Assembly: GCA_963778645.1 (NCBI GenBank)
Contig: CAVZVH010000001.1
Coordinates: forward strand, 67,697-131,696
Origin: an uncultured Chloroflexia bacterium
GTDB taxonomy: Bacteria > Chloroflexota > Limnocylindria > Limnocylindrales > CSP1-4
Length of the DNA stretch: 64,000 nucleotides
Reading direction: 5' to 3'
Shown here: positions 60,795-64,000 of the stretch, piece by piece
Numbering within the stretch: the first letter of the stretch is position 1
Layout: each line of letters begins with the position of its first letter
Made by a program: the position numbers and the translations under genes
Notes under the pieces: model-generated
What the model was told of the DNA's origin: nothing
Database searches by the model: none
Seen by the model: only the letters and a program-made list of their open reading frames with translations

Positions 60795-61671
60795 CGTCGT
60801 GGCCACGGCGTCCGCGGACGCCGTCGGCCGTCCGATGACCCGTCGCGTCAGGGCCCTCGCCGTGCGATCGGCTCGCTACGTCGTGTTCGTCGTCGTGGCC
60901 GGGGTCATCGTGATCCCGTTGGCCTACGCGATCCTCGGTGGCTTCCGTGACAACGGCCAGATCGGGAACGCGCCGCTCGGCTGGCCCGATCCGTGGGTGC
61001 CGACGAACTACACCGAGGTGCTGGCGTCTGGCGATTTCTGGCGGCAGCTCTTCAACAGCGCGCTGATCGCCGCGGTCTCCACGTTCTCGGTCGTGGCCCT
61101 TTCGGCCCTGGCCGCATTCGCGTTCGCTCGGTTGACGTTCCCCGGTCGGGAGGCCCTGTTCACGTTCTTCGCCCTTGGGTTACTGTTCCCGACCGCGGTC
61201 GCGATCCTGCCGTTGTACATCCTCGTCCGAGGCATCGGCCTGCTGGACAATCCCCTCGGGGTGGCGATCCCGCAAGCGGCATTCCAGCTCCCGCTGACGA
61301 TCCTCATCCTCCGCCCGTTCTTCCGGAGCATCCCGGCCGAACTCGAGGACGCCGCGCTCATCGATGGCTGTGGGCCGGTCGGGTTCTTCTGGCGGGTCCT
61401 GCTGCCGCTGTCGCGGCCGGCCCTCGCGACCGTGGCCGTCCTCGCCGTGGTGACGAGTTGGAATGCGTTCCTGCTCCCACTCGTGGTCCTCTCGAGCGCC
61501 GACCAGTGGACGCTGTCGCTCGGTGTGACGAACTTCACCACCCAGTACACGAGCGATACGGCGCGGATCCTCGCGTTCACGGTGCTCGCGATGGTCCCGG
61601 CGCTGATCTTCTACGCCATCGCCGAGCGCCAGCTCGTCGGCGGACTCACCTCCGGAGCGGTGAAGGGCTGA
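60787..61671 (+). CDS. Carbohydrate ABC permease (BxlG/MalG-like)
   Basis: FNSALIA, IPAELEDAALIDGC and WNAFLLPL; the start may be 60799 or 60835. Confidence 0.93.
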   Translation: MGSVVATASADAVGRPMTRRVRALAVRSARYVVFVVVAGVIVIPLAYAILGGFRDNGQIGNAPLGWPDPWVPTNYTEVLASGDFWRQLFNSALIAAVSTFSVVALSALAAFAFARLTFPGREALFTFFALGLLFPTAVAILPLYILVRGIGLLDNPLGVAIPQAAFQLPLTILILRPFFRSIPAELEDAALIDGCGPVGFFWRVLLPLSRPALATVAVLAVVTSWNAFLLPLVVLSSADQWTLSLGVTNFTTQYTSDTARILAFTVLAMVPALIFYAIAERQLVGGLTSGAVKG

Positions 61672-61673
61672 GC

Positions 61674-64000
61674 ATGTCGACCGAAGCCCTCCGCGAGGCA
61701 CCCTATCGCGATCCATCGCGCTCGCTCGATGAGCGCGTCACCGATCTCCTGGTGCGGATGACCCGGCGCGAGAAACTCGCGCAGATCGGATCGTTGTGGG
61801 CGTTCGAGGTGGTGGCGGACGATGGACTCGACGTCGAGCGTCTCGCGGCGCTCGCCGGTGACGGGCTTGGCGAGCTCACGCGCCTCGCCGGTTCGACCAA
61901 CCTGCTTCCGGCCAAGGTCGCGGCAACGGCGAACGCGATCCAGCGCTACCTCGTCGAGGAAACGCGTCTCGGGATCCCGGCGATCGTCCACGAGGAATGT
62001 CTGCACGGCTTGCTCGCCCGGGCCGCACCGACCTTCCAGCAGTCGATCGGGGCCGCAGCGACCTTCGACCCGGACGTCGTGACGGCGGTCGTATCGACCA
62101 TCCGACGCCGGATGCTCCTGACCGGGGCTCGCCACGCCCTTGGCCCGGTCTTCGACATCGCGCGCGACCCGCGCTGGGGCCGGATCGAGGAGACCTATGG
62201 GGAGGACCCGTACATCGCGGCGGCCTTCGGTTGTGCGTATGTCGCGGCCCTCCAGGGTGACGACCTCGCGACCGGGGTCCTGGCGACGGGCAAGCACATG
62301 GTCGGACACGGGCTCGCCGAGGGGGGCCTCAACCAGGCCCCAGCCCACGTCGGCGGGCGCGAGCTCCGCGACGAACAGCTCCTCCCATTCGAGGCCGCCG
62401 TCCGACAGGCCGGTCTCGCCTCGATCATGCCCGCCTACTGCGACGTCGACGGTGTGCCCTGCCATGCATCGCGAGAGCTCCTCGAGGACACGCTCCGCAC
62501 CGAGTGGGGTTTCGACGGGATCGTCGCCTCCGACTACATCGCTGTCGAGATGCTCGCCACGGCCCACCGGCTCACCGAGGACCTGGGCGAAGCCGCCCGA
62601 CTCGCCCTCGTCGCGGGCGTCGACTCCGAGTTGCCGCGCACGGCTGCGTACGGCGAGCCACTCCTCGCCGCGCTCGAGGACGGCTCGGTGGACGAGGCCG
62701 TCGTGGACGCTGCGGTCGCCCGGATGCTGCGGATGAAATTCCGTCTCGGGTTGTTCGACCGGCCGTATGTGTCGATCCCGTCCGACGCCGAGCTCGACGC
62801 GCTCGCGGCCGACGAGGCGCTGGCTGCGAGGGAACTGGCGCGACGCTCGATCGTTCTTGTCACCAACGACGGCGTGCTCCCCCTGGCGTCAGCGTTGACT
62901 CGGATCGCCGTCGTCGGTCCGCTCGCGGACAGCGCGCGCGACCTGCTCGGCGACTACAGCTATCTCGTGCACATCGAGACAATGCGGGAGATGCGCGAGC
63001 AGGGGAACGCCCTCGGCGTCGAGGGCGGGCGTGAGATCGCCCCGGCCGATGTGCTCGCCGACCAGCGGACGATCCTGCGAGCGATCGCGGATCGGTGGCC
63101 CTCCGCGAGCGTCGCCCATGCCCGCGGTTGCGGACTGACGGACGGCTCGGACGCGGACATCGCGGAGGCCGTCGAGATTGCTCGCGATGCCGAGGTCGCG
63201 ATCGTCGTTGTGGGCGAGCGGTCGGGACTCACCGACGATTCCACGACCGGGGAGTTCCGGGACCGGCGTGACCTCGGGTTGATCGGTCGCCAACAGGAGC
63301 TGCTCGATCGAGTCGTCGCAACGGGTAAGCCCGTGATCCTCGTCGTCGTCAGCGGTCGACCACTGGCGATCGAGCGGGCTGCCGCGCAGTGCGCCGCGAT
63401 CGTGCTCGCCTGGGTGCCGGGCGACGCCGGGCCGGACGCGATCGCCGACGTCCTCGCCGGAGCGGTGAACCCGGGCGGCAAGCTACCCGTCACCGTGCCG
63501 CGGAACGTCGGCCAGGTCCCGCTGACCTACCGTCACCATCCCACCGGCGGCCACTCGCAACCCAAGGGCGATTACGTGGACGGGCCGACCTCGCCGCTCT
63601 GGCCGTTCGGGTTCGGGCTCTCGTACACGAGCTTCGAGGTCTCGGCCCTGCGGGTCGCGTCGCCGACGCTGCCGACCCACGGTGGCGAGCTCGTGGTCCG
63701 GGTCGATGTCGCCAACACCGGGGCCTGCACGGGCGATGAGGTCGTCCAGCTCTACACCCGGGACGAGGCGGCTTCGGTCGCACGGCCCGTCCGCGAACTC
63801 CTCGGGTTCCGCCGCGTCACCCTCTCACCCGGTGAACGTCGGACGATCGCGTTCACGGTCGCCGCCGAGCAGTTCGCCTTCACCGGGGCCGACCATCGTC
63901 GCGTCGTGGAGCCCGGTCGGGTCACCCTGGCCGCCGGCACGTCGTCGACGGACCTGCCGGTGCGCACCACGATCGAGCTGGTCGGCCAGGAGGCCGATCT
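61674..64000 (+). CDS. GH3 beta-glycosidase (beta-xylosidase BxlA-like), 3' end outside the window
   Basis: Manual translation from ATG 61674: MSTEALREAPYRDP...EETRLGIPAIVHEECLHG, RDPRWGRIEETYGEDP, GKHMVGHG, GFDGIVASDY (nucleophile Asp), NPGGKLPVT and PFGFGLSYT. No stop before the window end. Confidence 0.93.
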   Translation, partial: MSTEALREAPYRDPSRSLDERVTDLLVRMTRREKLAQIGSLWAFEVVADDGLDVERLAALAGDGLGELTRLAGSTNLLPAKVAATANAIQRYLVEETRLGIPAIVHEECLHGLLARAAPTFQQSIGAAATFDPDVVTAVVSTIRRRMLLTGARHALGPVFDIARDPRWGRIEETYGEDPYIAAAFGCAYVAALQGDDLATGVLATGKHMVGHGLAEGGLNQAPAHVGGRELRDEQLLPFEAAVRQAGLASIMPAYCDVDGVPCHASRELLEDTLRTEWGFDGIVASDYIAVEMLATAHRLTEDLGEAARLALVAGVDSELPRTAAYGEPLLAALEDGSVDEAVVDAAVARMLRMKFRLGLFDRPYVSIPSDAELDALAADEALAARELARRSIVLVTNDGVLPLASALTRIAVVGPLADSARDLLGDYSYLVHIETMREMREQGNALGVEGGREIAPADVLADQRTILRAIADRWPSASVAHARGCGLTDGSDADIAEAVEIARDAEVAIVVVGERSGLTDDSTTGEFRDRRDLGLIGRQQELLDRVVATGKPVILVVVSGRPLAIERAAAQCAAIVLAWVPGDAGPDAIADVLAGAVNPGGKLPVTVPRNVGQVPLTYRHHPTGGHSQPKGDYVDGPTSPLWPFGFGLSYTSFEVSALRVASPTLPTHGGELVVRVDVANTGACTGDEVVQLYTRDEAASVARPVRELLGFRRVTLSPGERRTIAFTVAAEQFAFTGADHRRVVEPGRVTLAAGTSSTDLPVRTTIELVGQEAD

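Overview
This is a GC-rich bacterial window. Codon style, Ser/Ala/Pro-rich lipoprotein linkers and gene content suggest an uncultured Chloroflexota such as Limnocylindria, or possibly an actinobacterium; this is inference only. Bases 1-14 kb hold housekeeping and envelope genes: adenosine deaminase 5' end, NDUFA9-like SDR, pepA, prepilin peptidase, M23 peptidase, glgC, YbjN plus a gluzincin peptidase, pncB, TPR, YcxB, NUDIX and an MsmX-type ATPase. Bases 14.5-57 kb form a large accessory catabolic island with four parts. (i) A GntR/HutC regulon marked by three TGTCTAGACA palindromes. It includes deoC, a ROK kinase and an operon of SIS protein, phenylphosphate-synthase-alpha-like PEP-utilizer, three-subunit Mo-hydroxylase and a truncated PPDK fused to a winged-helix (Rv1126c-like) domain; this is the most novel element. 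(ii) A LacI-controlled cluster of DapA-like, GMC, ALDH, CoA-transferase, hydratase, LLM, AroE-like, FAH and creatininase genes. (iii) A Gfo/Idh/MocA, TIM-barrel isomerase, sugar ABC and nagA operon. (iv) A ROK regulator, phosphotriesterase, MetE-like and amidase run. Bases 57-64 kb are a bxlR-bxlEFG-GH3 type oligosaccharide locus. More than a dozen genes or gene segments are broken by apparent single-base insertions, most likely long-read consensus errors. No rRNA, tRNA, CRISPR array, integrase or transposase was recognised.
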